DNA of 64,000 nt from positions 1,126 through 65,125 of the forward strand of contig CAVOUS010000008.1 in the NCBI GenBank assembly GCA_963699675.1, in the 5' to 3' direction. The stretch comes from an uncultured Actinomycetota bacterium. GTDB lineage: Bacteria > Actinomycetota > Thermoleophilia > Solirubrobacterales > Solirubrobacteraceae. The translations under genes and the position numbers were made by a program. Within the stretch, counting starts at the first letter, position 1; each line of letters opens with the position of its first letter. The notes below the pieces were generated by a model. The model worked only from the letters and a program-made list of their open reading frames with translations, had not been told where the DNA came from and did not search any database. Shown here piece by piece: positions 62,423 to 64,000 of this stretch.

Positions 62423-62752
62423 CCGGAAATCGCTGTTTTGGACGCTCGCGATGGCGTCACCCACCGGCTTTGATCCGCCGCAGCGCGGCGGCTACGCTGA
62501 AGGCGCATGGATGCTCAGCGCGCGCCGCACACCCCGTCGCAGCGCGCGCGCCTGGAGCCCGCGGCCTAGCGCCCCCTCGGTCGCGGGCTCCCCATTTGCG
62601 CAATGCCCCTCCACCGGGGTGCGATAAGTAAGACGCGGGCAGCGGTCGCAAGTTGCGGTGCTCAGACGAGCCAAAACCCGCTATTTGGGCTCGAAGCGAG
62701 CTGCGGTGCGAAAGCGGCGGGGCGCGTCGCGGTTGTCTAGGGTGTTCCGGGA

Positions 62753-63679
62753 ATGCCGTCTATTCCGACGAACATCGCGGATTTGGTGGGACGGACGCCG
62801 ATGCTCAGGCTGGCGAGGCTGGCTCCGACCGACGGCGTCGAGCTGTTCGCCAAGCTCGAGGCGTTCAATCCGGGCGGCAGCGTCAAGGATCGCATCGGCG
62901 TCGCGATGATCGAGGCGGCCGAGCGTGACGGGCGGATCGAGCCGGGGAGGACCACGATCGTCGAGGCGACGAGCGGGAACACCGGGATCGCGCTCGCGTT
63001 CGTCTGCGCGGCGAAGGGCTATGACCTCGTCCTCACCTTGCCCGAGGGAATGAGCCGCGAGCGCGAGGGCCTGCTGCGGCTGTATGGCGCTCAGGTTCAG
63101 CTGACCCAGTCGATGGGGGGGATGACCGAGGCGGTGGACGCGGCGCGCGCCATGGCGACCGACCCGGATGTCTTCCTGCCCGATCAGTTCTCCAACCCCG
63201 CGAACCCTGAGATCCACCGTCGCACCACGGGCCCGGAGCTGTGGGACGCGCTCGACGGTCGCATCGACGTGTTCGTCGCCGGGGTCGGCACCGGGGGCAC
63301 GATCACCGGGGCCGGGGAGCTGCTCAAGGCTCGCAATCCGAACTGCCGCGTGATCGCCGTCGAGCCGCGCACATCTGCGGTGCTGTCCGGAGGGATCGCC
63401 GGTCCGCACAAGATTCAGGGGATCGGGGCCGGGTTCGTGCCGGCGGTCCTCAATCGCGAGCTGCTCGACGAGGTGATCGCCGTCGACGACGAGGATGCCA
63501 TCCAGACAGCCCGCCTCCTCGCCCGACGCGAGGGTGTCCTGGCCGGCATCTCCTGCGGCGCGGCGGTATGGGCGGCCCTGCAGATCGCCGCCCGGCCCGA
63601 GTCACGAGGGCTGCGGATCGCCACCGTTCTGCCCGATTCGGGTGAGCGGTACGTGTCGACACCGTTCTTTGCGCCGTAG
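62753..63679 (+). CDS. cysK: Cysteine synthase A
   Basis: VGRTPM, KLEAFNPGGSVKDR, EATSGNTG, QFSNPAN, GVGTGGT, HKIQGIGAGF, GISCG, PDSGERY. Confidence 0.98.
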   Translation: MPSIPTNIADLVGRTPMLRLARLAPTDGVELFAKLEAFNPGGSVKDRIGVAMIEAAERDGRIEPGRTTIVEATSGNTGIALAFVCAAKGYDLVLTLPEGMSREREGLLRLYGAQVQLTQSMGGMTEAVDAARAMATDPDVFLPDQFSNPANPEIHRRTTGPELWDALDGRIDVFVAGVGTGGTITGAGELLKARNPNCRVIAVEPRTSAVLSGGIAGPHKIQGIGAGFVPAVLNRELLDEVIAVDDEDAIQTARLLARREGVLAGISCGAAVWAALQIAARPESRGLRIATVLPDSGERYVSTPFFAP

Positions 63680-63732
63680 CCCCGGCGGCGGCCCGGCCGG
63701 GCGCGCGCGCCGCGCTCTGTAGCCTTGTCCTC

Positions 63733-64000
63733 ATGTTCGGCCTCGGGCTGATGGCGCGCACCGCGGCGGAGATCCGGCGGGATGTCGCCGCCGCACAAAG
63801 TCGGGATCCGGCCGCCCGGGGCGTGGGCTCGCTGGAGATCCTGGCCGCGTGGCCGGGGGTCCATGCGCTGCTCGCGCATCGGGTCGCGCACGCGCTGTAC
63901 GACGCCGGCGTACCGGTGTTGCCCCGGATGCTCGCGACCGTGGCCCGCTCGCTGACCGGGATCGAGATCCATCCCGCCGCCACGATCGGCGATGGCTTCT
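63733..64000 (+). CDS. cysE: Serine O-acetyltransferase (truncated by the window edge)
   Basis: RDPAAR..LEILAAWPGVHALLAHRVAH..RSLTGIEIHPAATIG. Confidence 0.93.
   Translation, partial: MFGLGLMARTAAEIRRDVAAAQSRDPAARGVGSLEILAAWPGVHALLAHRVAHALYDAGVPVLPRMLATVARSLTGIEIHPAATIGDGF

Noticed and set aside
62423-62752. 330-bp gap with a GAGCCCGCG/CGCGGGCTC hairpin; possible ncRNA
   Set aside because: A single GC-rich stem with no family features; cysK appears to have its own proximal -10

Overview
High-GC actinobacterial DNA. Gene content and protein style suggest Thermoleophilia/Solirubrobacterales (Conexibacter-like); this is an inference. The window has two parts. (1) Positions 1-21137 are an accessory region ending exactly at the 3' end of a tRNA-Val(GAC) gene, next to a decayed tyrosine-integrase fragment. 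It looks like an old genomic island whose other end lies outside the window. It carries a frameshifted AlkZ-like gene, TetR, VOC, a STAND-LuxR/DUF4242/FAD-oxidase trio, two ECF sigma/anti-sigma pairs, an orphan PAS kinase and several gene remnants. Its best candidate for an undescribed system is a five-gene envelope metal-handling cluster (10986-16345, minus strand): a His-motif membrane protein, a duplicated Met-rich membrane protein, a P19/FetP-like lipoprotein with Met in place of both acidic iron ligands, a Tat-exported DyP-fold protein lacking the distal Asp, and a secreted-domain/SCO fusion. (2) Positions 21138-64000 are mostly core genome: thrS, infC-rpmI-rplT, TrmH, pheST, argCJBD, CHAD, an Osa-like module (poly-HAMP hybrid kinase, REC-GAF-PP2C-HATPase fusion, STAS), two tandem coiled-coil paralogs, dnaE, an AbrB-VapC toxin-antitoxin pair, a frameshifted secreted esterase, zwf, nfo, gltX, HDOD-LuxR, an epimerase plus GT2, and Rrf2-cysK-cysE (cysE truncated by the window). 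Many starts have a TANNNT hexamer 7-10 nt upstream, implying leaderless or near-leaderless mRNAs. No CRISPR array, rRNA or intact transposase was seen. All family assignments come from motif recognition by eye; no searches were run.
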